A DNA stretch of 63,708 bases, the filler included, from Sphacelaria rigidula (Eukaryota), in NCBI GenBank assembly GCA_964200075.2. It is 4 parts of 4 records of this genome, joined end to end, with 100 filler letters (N's around TTAATTAATTAA, not from the genome) between each part and the next. Parts side by side here need not be neighbours in the genome. Positions count along the whole stretch, not along the records: positions 31,912 to 47,760 come from CAXNAA020001568.1; positions 47,861 to 63,708 come from CAXNAA020001569.1; 2 more parts are not named here. One strand, given 5' to 3'. The notes below the pieces were generated by a model. The model was not told the DNA's origin. It did no database searches and worked only from the letters and a program-made list of their open reading frames with translations. Positions 36,901 to 48,045 of this stretch are shown piece after piece; the first letter of the stretch is position 1; every line of letters starts with the position of its first letter. The translations under genes and the position numbers were made by a program.

Positions 36901-39900
36901 TTAACGTCGAGATGATGCTAGTTTTTCAATGCCCTCGAGTGGTTTTTTCGAAGACGAAACGCGACAGTTTTTGTCGAGAGAAATGCCCGGTGAGCATCCA
37001 TATCTACTTCTCATCATCCCCCGCATCCCCCTCTGATTTTTTTTCAACCGAGAGGACTTGCACCCATGCACGTCTCGGTCACGGCTGTAGGTGTTTTGGT
37101 TGTGTTGCCCAAAAAATGTCGCTGCAAAACGGTTGACTTTGTGCCGGTAGAGGTAAGTAAGAGGCCAGCTTTTTTTTGACGGTACAAGATGACTCCCATG
37201 CCTGATGCGTGACAGGAGGAGGATGAAAGCCCCGCCCCGAAAAAAGCCAAAGCAACGCCCCCCTCGAAGAAGGCTGAGGTAGCAAATGGAAAAAAGGCGA
37301 GCAAGGAGTCGTCCAGCGAGGAAGAATCGGATGACGACTCGGATGATGACTCCGAGGTCAGACGGTTCACGACAGGAGCGCTTTTTTTAAACTTGCGGTC
37401 GGTCACGGACGGGAGGATGAATGCCGAGGTTTTCAGTGTATTTTCCCCCTCAAATTGCTGCGAATGGTGTGCAGATGAAATTTTTCTTTTTCGACCTTCT
37501 CGATGTTTCTAGTCGAGAGCTGACGTGTGGATTCGTCCATGAAAATGCCCGGTGAGCATCGACCTTACTTCATGCCCTCCCCCCCTCCCCCCCCTCCCCC
37601 CCGACACACACATACACACATACACACATACACCACTATCTATCCAAATCTTGGGGACTTTCATCCAGCCATGTCCTGGTCACGGCTGTGGTGGTTTGGT
37701 TCGCGTTGCCCAACAATCGTAGCTCTTGAACCGTGAGCCTCTGGCGAGTCACAGCATTCACGTCGGAAGGGCGACTTATTTTTGAGTGTACACGACGACA
37801 CCCGTGCCCGTTGCGTAACAGGAAGAGGAGAAGAGCCCCGCTCCGAAGAAGGCCAAATCGAAGGCCTCATCGAAGAAGGCGGAGACAGCCAACGGGAAGA
37901 AGGCTGGCAAGTCCAGTAGTGAGGACTCGGACGAGAGTTCCGACGAGGAGGAATCTGAGGACGAGTCGGATGATAAGCCGGAGGTGATCACGGGAAATCA
38001 AGTGTCCACGGTCTCCTTGAAGTCGCGTGGTCGTACTCCAGATTCGTGTAGCTACTTTCCGGCCGTGAGGCCTAGTCACGTGTCTGGTATGCTCAAGATA
38101 CGGTCCAATCATTTGTTCCCGTGGGGCTTTGGGGTGTGTTGCTCATCACGTATACTTCTTTTGCACATTGTTCTTCCTCTCCCCTCCCCTTCCCCCCCCC
38201 CCCCCCCAACCCCTCTGTCTCCCTCGGGAAGACCAAGAAAAAGCCGGCGGCGTCTAAGTCGGCGGCGAAGGAAGACTCTGACTCCGAAGATGATGACGAC
38301 GACGATGACGATGATTCTTCGGAAGATGATTCGTCCGATGAGGAAGAGAAGCCCAAGGCGAAGGCGGTGGCCTCAGATAAGAAGGATGGTGACGACGATG
38401 ACGACTCTTCGGAAGATTCGTCTGAGGAGGAAAGCGTGAGTTTTGGTCGGACGTCGTGGACTTTTCTCAGTCCTGCGTCCAACTCTTCCCTTTATCCCCG
38501 CAAGTGTCCTCACGATTTGATCGGGAATTTCTATAGACATGAGTTCCTACCTCGGCAAGGGACTGGTGTGTAAATATGAACTCGAGTCCCTGGTGCCCTG
38601 ATTTTCGTCACGTGGGCATGACCGGATTGCATCTTGTGTACACATAAGGACAGAAATCAAGGCAGTGTATTGAGCGGTCAAAGTCTCCGGCATTTGAAAC
38701 GCATTATATATACAACGCCTTCGATTTTTTCGTGCAGGGCATCAAGTGGTATCAAGGACGCAAACAGGTGTGCCTGTCTCTTCGCGTCATGTGCCCCCGT
38801 AACGGTTTTGTTCTCTCTCTCTCGAGGTTCGTGGAGCTCGGTGTCCTATGATTACAAATCTATGCACCACTCCAGAAAGCATCACATGTGGAAAAACAAC
38901 CTGATCACCATCTTTCGTATGAGGATCCGCCGCTTGCGCTCGAACAGAGAGGGAGGATACGGTTCAATTTTAGCCTGTTTCTGCAATGTGTATTGACAGT
39001 CGATGTACTCGGCGTCGTGACTTATTCCCGTTTTTTTCAGTCATCAGGGTTCGGTCATGTAGAGCACGAGTCGAGTCTCTGTCCATGATTTACCCGGAGA
39101 GGTGTCCAATGATATCATAATAATACGTGAACTGAAATACGATTCAATGTGGTACTATTATCGCTACGTATGAGGACATCCGTTATGGGGAAGAGATGTG
39201 GAGACGTGCTTTTCGTGCACACGACGTTACTCGATTTTCCTGCACTTCGGGGAGTGTAAGACATGAATGCCGAGGGTTCCCTTTTTTTTCCCCGGGCCAA
39301 ACATCCCGTAACTTGAAGTTGACCTCAAAATGTTCCCGCCGGAATGATGTTACGGTATCGGATCTCACAACGTTTACACAGCCAATTCTCGATTCTCAAC
39401 GCCCACGGACGATGCGGCAATTATTTGCATATCTCTGTCATTTGCGTCTACATGTGGCCTACGTTGTAGACTCTGTGAGGTAATTCCTTCGATTTTTATA
39501 AGACCATGATGTGATCCCCATATAACTGTATTGTTGCCTGATATTACTTGATGGAAGCAAATGTAAAATTCGGCGATGGTATGTACTCGAAGTGCACCCT
39601 GCGCCGTGAAGAGAACAGAACTCGTGGGTACCACCCCGTCATGAGCACGAACCCTTACACGATGGTCTGTACCCCGAGGTGACGGGGTACGCATTCGATG
39701 TTTACCGAGTTACGCGACCCCAGACTGACTGGCCGCTAAGTAGTTGAGATTCCCGACCTCGGAAATTGGAACCCATTTTTTCCCCTGGTGGCGTCTCTAA
39801 TTCTCCGGCTGGTTCCCCGTGATTACAAATCTATGCACCACTCCAGAATTATCAAGTGTGGATAAATCACCTGATCACCATCTTTCGTATGAGGGAAACC

Positions 39901-42900
39901 AAGCTTGACTCGCCCTGAGACGGGCCCCCGGCACAAAACTTTACCCGTACGTTGATTTGGTATCCTGTTCCGGACCATTCGTCCCCTTCCCGCATATTTT
40001 CATGCATCCCGGGACGCCGGGTATATGGCAAAAGGCAGAGCTCGCGATTTGGGCCCCCCGACCCCGCGGTCACATAACTCGTGTTTCTCGAACAGCGAGT
40101 CCGGCCGTCCTCTCTGAGGAGTCATTTTGGACCCATGATGAGCTGTCTCACGTGTCCGAGAGTCCAGTACTGTGCGAGGAGGTTCGAGAGCCTTCATTTG
40201 GCTTGCGGCATTCGTGTTTTTTGTCTGGTTCCCCGTGATTACAAATCTATGCACCACTCCAGAATTATCAAGTGTGGATAAATCACCTGATCACCATCTT
40301 TCGTATGAGGGAAACCAAGCTTGACTCGCCCTGAGACGGGCCCCCGGTACAAAACTTTACCCGTCCACTTTGATTTGGTGTACTGTTCCGGACCATTCGT
40401 CCCCTTCCCGCATATTTTTCTTTCTGCATCCCGGGACGCCAAGTATGTGACGGAAGGCAGAGCTCGCGATTTGGGCCCCCCGACCCCGCGGTCACGTAAC
40501 TCGTGTTTCTCGAACAGCCAGTCCGGCCGTCCTCTCTGATGAGTCATTTTGGACGCATGATCAGCTGTCTCACGTGTCGAGAGTCCAGTACCGTGCCAGG
40601 AGGTTCGGCAGCGTTCATTTGGCTTGCGTCATTCGTGTTTTTTGTCTGGTTTCCAGTGATTACAAATCTATGCACCACTCCAGAATTGCTATGTGTGGAT
40701 AAATCACCTGATCACCATCTTTCGTATGAGGAAACTGGCCTTGAATTCTTGGGACTCCGCCGTTGTCTCGTGGCGTCCCTCTATGTTTTTCGCGCGCAAA
40801 AAGTGTCTTGAGGCCAATCATTGGCGTCGTGTTTTCAAGCTTGTTCCTGATGTTCCCTCCATGCACGAAATATGAACATGGATGCGGCAGGCAAGGGAGA
40901 TTCTGGACGATGTCCTTCTGGCACTAGTCATTTTCATCCGTCGCTCTGCTAGGAATATTATTCAGTCAGCACACACTGAAGGTGTCCAACATTTTGACTA
41001 TTCCCTTCTGGATTCATAGTTAGCTGGCTGGAGTGCAATGCTTCCTACAGCCGAGTCTGCCAGCTGTATACCTGAGCCGGATCTTGGGAGCACTGAGCGC
41101 CCCTGGTTTCTGCTAACATGAGACGGCTACATGTCGTTAGGCGGGGAGGGAACTGTCCAAGATATCCTTGTCTCCGTCATGCGTCGTTTTTAATGTTGGT
41201 AGTTTTCTTATACCCATCTTGGTGTACCGTGTGTATGACAGTCTTCCGAGCAGATCCTACCCTTGTAGCCGATGCTAGTGCTGTTTTGGCTGCGCCCCTC
41301 TGCCTGGCGGAGAAGAGGGGTCCCGGAGAACGTCGTCAGCTGACCGGGATGTTATTCCTGGTCCTGACCCAATGTGATTTTGAAGTCAACGGAGAAAATG
41401 AATCGCCATCATCGGTGCTGTACAAGTGATTTCCCCGTATTGTCGGTGTCGGCATTTGACCCCTGCGGTATCTACATCGCGGACCATTGTTGTGGTCTTG
41501 CCTGTTTTCGACTCGGAAGCGGGCTGTCGCGGTAGTTATTTCGCCTCTTATCCGATACTTTCGGTGATCGTCGGCGCTTGTCTCCCTCCCTGTGTTTTCT
41601 GACAGGATGATGCAGCGAAGAAGACCGAGAAGCCGTCGAAAAAGAGGAAGGCAGACGATGTGGAGGAGGAAGCTAGCGACGCCAAAAAGGTAAATGTCTT
41701 TTCCGTGTACTGTGCGTGCGTGTTGTGGTGTGGAGAAATATACGTCGAGCATTGCGAATGCTTGACATATCGGATAGGCAGCTCATGAGCTGTTTGGATC
41801 TCGAGCTTCTTTCAGCTGCGAAGATTTTCGGATCACGAGCACTGAAAAGTTCATGAACCGGAAGTGCACCACCTCACGTAATTTTGTTATTTTCTATTTT
41901 CCCCCCCGTCTTTTCGGAATGGAAAAATGCTGTTGTTTCTTTCAACGTTTTCTTTCCTTGGCTAATTGTCCGACATTTTGTATGTTTTTTTTTTTCTGAA
42001 ATCGGCGTTTTGCTTCACAGTCAAAGGGTGGTGAGAACTGCAAGATTTACCTCCGAGGTCTTCCGTGGGATACAGAGGATGACGCCGTGAAGGATTACTT
42101 CAAGAAGTGCGGAAAGGTACGTGAATGAATGTGTGCCAGTCTACAACTTTCAGTGTATGTGGGCTCATCAGCTGGAGTCATGCAAAAAGGCTCAACACGA
42201 CAGTTGATGTTTCAGTACTCCGTATTCCTTTTGCGGTGTTCGCTTCGTTTTCCATCGAAGGAGTTTAGCAGTCCCCTTCCCTCGTCGACCGTAAAATCAA
42301 ATTTTGTGTACCAACGACATGGTCGCTTTCCACTGTTGAGCTTCGTGTGAGAAGGAGTCCCAGATCGCGTGGCTGCACCGACATTCGAATCCACGACTCT
42401 ATTTTTCGGAAGGATTCGAGGTGACCGACTAAGCCACTGGTGCAATAAATTAAAATGGAAGCAACATTTTTACATGGCATATGGTCGATGCGCTGTATTC
42501 GATAAGAGTAACACGCATGGCCACAGTGTTTCTGCTGCTGTCAGATGCAACTTGTGTCCGCCGATGAAGTACCAGCACCACTCTGCGTTTTTGAGGGATG
42601 GAATTGAGCGTCCGAGTGTTCTCGAGCGAGTTTGAAACAGACGAATGCTCTGTGATCCAGCACGTACTCACACCGTATCCGGAGTTATTGACGGCGCACG
42701 GAAGTTCAAGCTTGGGAAGAGTGCTTCCTACTCCGCAGTCTACTTCGCAACAATGACCTGTGCACACATTTCCAGCCTTTTTGATCGAACGACGTGAAAG
42801 TAGCCGTGGGCTGGTGAACGAGCTATCATATTGTGCAAACTACATGCCGAATGTTGGCACGCGACATCAACCCCGTTCTATTCTGTTCTTATGAGCGTAA

Positions 42901-45573
42901 AGGTCATCACGCTACTGGCGAACGAAGGACAATACAGCGAGCACCACGCAGACTACCCTTGAGCACTCTGACCTTTTCCGGACTGACCGATTCAAAGGTT
43001 CCTCGCCTCCAGCTGATGTGGAATCCGATGGAATTCTGACGTACGTGAGGCCTTGCACCATATGTTTTCGACCTGTTTTGAACAGGTGTTGACTGTCGAA
43101 CAGCCCAAAAACCCCGATGGGCGCTCGAGCGGAACCGCGTTCGTTACTTTTGATAGCGCGGCGGCTGCTGGGAAGGCTGTGGAGGTGAGATATCAATCTT
43201 GGTAGACACTGTGGAGCTTTTCTGGTCGAATTCTTTTAGTGATCGTTGTGATATTCGTCGCATATCAGCCGGTGCCGAAGAGTCAGCGGCGATACTCATA
43301 AAGGGACTGATCTCCCAAAGCGAACAAATCTGAACCGCTCGTTGGAGGAAACACGACGAGGGAAATGGGCACGAACGAGATGTGGAAGAACGATCGGATC
43401 GCATTATTCTTCCGGTGAAATCCTCGTCCCACGATGACGGTAGAATATGTTTGACGTGAAGAGAAGGCTGTTTGACGTTTGTGTGACACTCCTGTCGACG
43501 CGATATTTTATTGGGAGAAAAATGTCGAGTTTCAGGGCAACTGTGAGCTACATTTTTCAAGATATAGAAAAAATCTCCGTGGTTCGTCGAGTCACATGTG
43601 CAATGACGAAGCTGGAATGCGATAAAAGTTGATACCTGATGCGTTGGCCTAAGGCGCTGATTGTTCCTACGTCATCGTGACACTCGAGTGCCCCTGATTT
43701 CTCCATTTTTTTTCCGTTGTCGGCGTTGTTTCGTCCTGCAGATGGACGGGGGGGATTTTGGCGGGCGATGGCTGAAGATCATGCTTTCATTCGAGAAGCC
43801 CGAGGGAGGCGCCCGCAACGGCGAGAAAAAGGAAAAACCGGAGGGCTGCACCACTGTCTTCATCGGCAATCTGTCGTGGTCGATCGAGGAGGTGTGTCAG
43901 TGTTCTCAGTGTGCGTGTTGAGCTGTCGAGACGGCAATAATATGTGGCTGGGATTATGATGGCTAGCTCAGCACAGTTTGACGTAACATGAACACTAAAG
44001 AAGCCGAGTTCGTGTGCGGTCCGATATAGTGGATGCGTCGTGGATGTTATTTCTAGGAACGGAAGTACTGGCCCGACCGTACCTCGACGAGGAGGACAGT
44101 TCGAATGAAGTGCCGGTGAGCATCATGATCTGGGCACAAAACAAAGATTTGAACAGGTGCAAACTGATTTGATACTTGGCCATCTCTATCTCGTTACCTC
44201 TCATGGTCATGAACCTTGGTAGCATACGTTACAATCACTCCCTGTCCTCACTCTCCATTGTCGTTCCCTCCAGTTTTATCCACAACGTGCTGAGCAGTCC
44301 CCGTATCTGCGTTGTGAAAAGCAAAAACTTTTCACGACCCCAAGATGGCACTGTCTGACCTGATGTGGCTATCCTCCTCGTCCTGTTTCGTCTCGTTCTT
44401 GCCTCAACACCTCACCGCGAAGGACACCGTTCGGTCAACGTTCGGCGAGTGCGGCGACATCAAGAGCGTTCGCTTCGCGGAAGATCGAGAGTCTGGAGAG
44501 TTCAGGGGCTTCGGACACGTCGAGTTTTACGATGGAGTGGGTGTGGATGAGGCGATGAAGTTGGCAGGCACGGACGTGATGGGACGGCCTATCAGGGTAA
44601 GTTTTTGAAGATTGTGTCGCGTAGGGTATTTTTTACGTCGGGATGGTGTGAAAAGACGTACTTTGAGCACCTCGATGGAAGTGGAATACTCAAATCATAT
44701 CGTCAACTCTGGATGAACATTTGGTATTGTAATGCCATCATATGTGACTTTTTCTCGATATTCGGACAGAGGATGAAGATGAAATCTTCGCAGAACAAAG
44801 CTCGAGATACTTATTATCCAGGTATTTACCCTTCCCTGCACACCGGACATGACGTCTGTCAGCTGTCCGACAGTGGAACGACCGGATGAAAGAGCTCACT
44901 CTGTTTCCCCCCTCCCCCAACGTATTGATTGTGTAGGATATCGAGGTTTCTGAAGCTTTCCCTGACGCAATTCGTTTTGTAGAGGCCTATGGGTGCATGC
45001 TGTGATTTTTCGTGTGGAGCATGTTAGCCCACGCTGTGTGGAACAGGGGTCGTTCACGCCCAGGCACAGCAGTCGATAGTCCAAGCGAGACCACGTGCTT
45101 TTTGTCAACAGCTGCAGTTTGAAGCCTACAGTGCTAGTGATCTTGCTCAAAAGCAAGTATTGTCAACACTCCCGCACACGACAGTCTCACATGGCACTTG
45201 AAGAACAAAACGAGGGCATGACTGAACTCTCCAAATCCAAGGTGACAACTGTAGCCAACAAACCGTACATGAACAGCACAACGATGCGGTACCTATATAT
45301 TTTCGTTTCAGTTCTTCCACATGTATCCTGTTTCATGCATGTTTGCAGGTCGACTACGCGGCTCCTCGCGCACCTCGTGAGGGATCGTTCGGTGGAGGTG
45401 GAGGACGTGGTGGAGGACGAGGAGGTGGCGGTAAATTCGGCGGCGGGGGCGGTGGACGAGGAGGGGGGCGTGGTGGTGGTAGGGGTGGGGGAAGGGGGGG
45501 TGGAGGAGGTTTTAGTCCTCGCGCGAAGCAAGGCATCCAGTCTTTCCAGGGAACTAAGAAGTCATTTGATTAA
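33948..45573 (+). CDS. NCL: Nucleolin-like protein (NSR1/gar2/plant NUC type): acidic/basic N-terminal repeats, two RRMs, C-terminal GAR/RGG; about 638 aa in 12 exons
   Basis: Exons 33948-34205, 35537-35623, 36488-36724, 37216-37356, 37822-37983, 38232-38435, 41606-41689, 42021-42116, 43086-43184, 43742-43891, 44423-44596, 45349-45573, all phase 0 with GT-AG. RRM1 IYLRGLPW/SGTAFVTF, RRM2 VFIGNLSW/RGFGHVEF, RGG tract ending FQGTKKSFD. Confidence 0.93.
38839..38929 (+). ncRNA. Box C/D snoRNA, U32-like double guide, copy 1 (most diverged)
   Basis: C box ATGATTA 38848-38854, D box ATGA 38919-38922, terminal stem cggtgtcc/ggatccg. Guides CTATGCACCAC (antisense to SSU GUGGUGCAUGG) and TCACCATCTTTCG (antisense to LSU CGAAAGAUGGUGA). 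Confidence 0.8.
39101..39180 (+). ncRNA. Candidate box C/D snoRNA (different family)
   Basis: 7-bp terminal stem ggtgtcc/ggacatc enclosing C-like ATGATAT, D' CTGA 39132-39135, C'-like GTGGTA and D-like ATGA 39170-39173; guide target uncertain. Confidence 0.4.
39810..39901 (+). ncRNA. Box C/D snoRNA, U32-like double guide, copy 2
   Basis: C GTGATTA 39819-39825, D ATGA 39889-39892, stem tggttccc/gggaaacca, both guides intact. Confidence 0.8.
40226..40317 (+). ncRNA. Box C/D snoRNA, U32-like double guide, copy 3
   Basis: C GTGATTA 40235-40241, D ATGA 40305-40308; identical to copy 2. Confidence 0.8.
40646..40738 (+). ncRNA. Box C/D snoRNA, U32-like double guide, copy 4
   Basis: C GTGATTA 40656-40662, D ATGA 40726-40729, 9-bp stem ctggtttcc/ggaaactgg, both guides intact. 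Confidence 0.8.
42130..42445 (-). mobile_element. Diverged tRNA-derived SINE in nucleolin intron 8
   Basis: The reverse complement contains A-box-like tggcttagtcgg, B-box-like ggattcgaat, and body acacaaaatt.gattt.acggtcgacgagggaaggggactgct. Confidence 0.7.
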
Positions 45574-46979
45574 AACTGTGAGGTAGACTGTGTCGCGGGA
45601 TCCTTTCCCCCTCGGGGCGTCGAGCATCTGCTTCCTTGCCCTCGAGTGTTATATGTGAGTGAGCGTTTTTTTTTCTTGTCGAGTGGGGGACAGGGATGGC
45701 CAAGCAAGTTTTTTCTTGTTTTCCCTGCAGTTGGTGGTTGTTCTTGTGTAGAGTGAGATTTGTGCGCGTGTTGTATCATTTATGCGTGATTCGCGGTTCA
45801 AGTGTCGTCTCCGGGTATGATTTGATCAACGTGTGCCACGAGAAGGGGATGATAAAGAGATGTTGCGTATTGTTGCTTTTTTTATCTTGTCAAGGTTTCA
45901 GATTGTCGAGGCTTTCGTGCATTTGTCACGTGGCGCGGTAGGGCAAACGGCCGAATCTGAAAGCGCTGCTGTCGTTTTGACTGAATGCGTGGAGTGGCCG
46001 TTTCACAACTCAGCGTCAGTGTTTGATGTAAATCCATGCGAATCAGACCTCTGGTGGGAATTGATGTTTGGGGGAAATTGGCAAACGCCGACTGTTGGTT
46101 CTCACGTTTGCAGGCATGCTTGGTTCTATTTCATGAAGAGCGTATGCGGGGCGGACGATAAATCCTCCGTGTCATTGGCTAACGTCCGTCGACCCTACCT
46201 GACCGTGATTTTTTCTGTGTTGATATGCATGGCTTTTGCAATGCGCTTGAGTGGCCGACTAAACGGAAAGTGCTCAACCCAGTCGCGAAAGTATTTCAAG
46301 TTGTAGGCCAGGGTAAGTCATGAGTTGGGCTAGCACCGGCGGTGGCGCAGCAGTGTTGTTTGACTTGAGGAAATCGATTTCAGTAACGAACAGCTGTGCT
46401 TTTAGTCGGGTGGGGTACTGAGCATGGTACATGGAGGTTCGTGTGATCGATACTGTAGCATGTATGTTCTAACGGCCAGCCTCGGCAGCTTTCTGCAGAC
46501 GTGTGCTCGTGTTGATGTTTCATGAATTCCGAGAACAAGACTATCGAATATGATTCAAGTTTTCTCTACTCTAGCCCCGAGAGCGCCTTGTAACAACTGA
46601 CTACCGCGTTGTTTTCGACAGCCAGCACGCACCAGCTGAGGGGCTGGATAGTACTCGTGACAGGGAGCGGAATTTAACCTTGAGCACTGGCCGTGTCCAT
46701 CGCTTGCCATTCGGGGTCTCACAACCCTACTGCTTCATCATGACATGAACTGTCAGATGTGGTTCAGGCTATGATTTCCGCAGGGTAGTTCCCCCTGTAA
46801 TCTTCCCTCGTGACTGGTGTTCTTTGACTGTCGGTAGGTACCCATCTCATGGCGCGTACCCCGCTGCCGAAAGCAAGTGTAATTGGACTAGCAGCGTTCA
46901 ATGTCACCCTCGCTCCAACAACAAAGCGAAGCACCCACGAGCCGCTCGATGATGCTTCGTAACCTTGGGTCATCACTCA

Positions 46980-47635
46980 TGGGGTTTAATTTCCATAACT
47001 TTTTTCGAGTTGGAAACTCCCGAGTTTTCGAAAACAGACGCTGAGGCCGGATGTCATGGCGAACGGATTTTTGGCCCACGGATTGCTCACTTCTGGTATA
47101 TTTCAGTCACTTTTTGACCCCCAAATAAGGAAAATCGTCATCACACGTCTTGGACACTCGCATCACCCCACAGAAAGGAGCCCGATCTGCGTTCCAGATT
47201 TGCTTGGCTCGTTGATTTCGAGATTGACCGCAAAACGAATATTTGTACGCATAAATTTGTGCTTACCGATCCACAGGTTATTGGACAAACTGGCGGGGGT
47301 TGCGAAGGACAGATTTTTGCGCACGAATTTTTCGTTCGGCGGCCGAGTCAAAACCTCGGAGCCAAGGGAGCGTGAAAAGCAGACTAGGCTTCTCTCTGTG
47401 GGGTGATGCAAAGTGTCCAAGACGTGTGTGGACGATTTCCCTGTATGGGGGTCAAGAAGGGGGTCAAATGTACCACAAGTAAACAATCCGTGGGCCAAAA
47501 ATCTGTTTGCCATAACATCCGATCTAAATGACAAAAGACGGAACGCTACGTGGGTTCTCCGCGTAGGATCTGGTCAATCTCCAACTAACAGCCGATTCTC
47601 GAAAATGGGGTTGAAAAAGAATGAGGTTAAACTCA
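46980..47635. mobile_element. Foldback/MITE with long imperfect inverted arms
   Basis: 47048-47182 (cggatgtcatggcgaacggatttttggcccacggattg...cttggacact.gcatcaccccacaga) is complementary to 47387-47521, with weaker outer extension. Confidence 0.8.
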
Positions 47636-47760
47636 ACAGTCGTGCTTTCCCTGACCTGAATTCAAGACAAACGACTTTCATGTTGACCCCCCACCATCCC
47701 TCCCGACCTCCTTGAAACTATTTCGGGGGATTTCTAGCCTTCCGTTCCCCCAAAGGGTAT

Positions 47761-47860
47761 NNNNNNNNNNNNNNNNNNNNNNNNNNNNNNNNNNNNNNNN
47801 NNNNTTAATTAATTAANNNNNNNNNNNNNNNNNNNNNNNNNNNNNNNNNNNNNNNNNNNN
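47761..47860. other. Artificial contig linker N44-TTAATTAATTAA-N44
   Basis: Identical 100-bp spacer. Confidence 0.97.
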
Positions 47861-47861
47861 A

Positions 47862-48045
47862 ATCCGGCGTGCTCCGTCCCGGCACTGTGGGGATGCGAGG
47901 TCAATGGTCTGATGACTATGGCATGCATGATCATGAGTACACCCACCCCATCCCATCCCATGCTCCGTCTCGAAAGGGATGCGTGGTCAATGGTCAAATG
48001 ACTAAGGCAAGCAACAAATGAGTACGCCCCCCCCATCCCATCCCA
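47862..48045 (+). mobile_element. Two poly(C)-tailed retroposons: a short copy (47961-48034) inserted in the C-rich tail of a long-family copy (47862-47945)
   Basis: TSD CCCCATCCCATCCCA at 47946-47960 and 48031-48045. Confidence 0.8.

Larger units (their letters stand above)
39809..40738 (+). repeat. Tandem repeat, period about 416-421 bp, about 2.2 units, each starting with the snoRNA
   Basis: Units begin at about 39809, 40225 and 40646 with high identity between units 1 and 2. Confidence 0.9.

Noticed and set aside
39809-40738. Repeated 90-nt motif as a CRISPR-like array
   Set aside because: The intervening sequences are themselves duplicated, the unit is too long, there are no cas genes and the context is eukaryotic intron; explained by tandem snoRNA duplication.
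43602-43640. ATGACGA..CTGA with short SSU-complementary stretches in intron 9
   Set aside because: Too short (about 37 nt) for a two-guide snoRNA, and the register does not fit known methylation sites.
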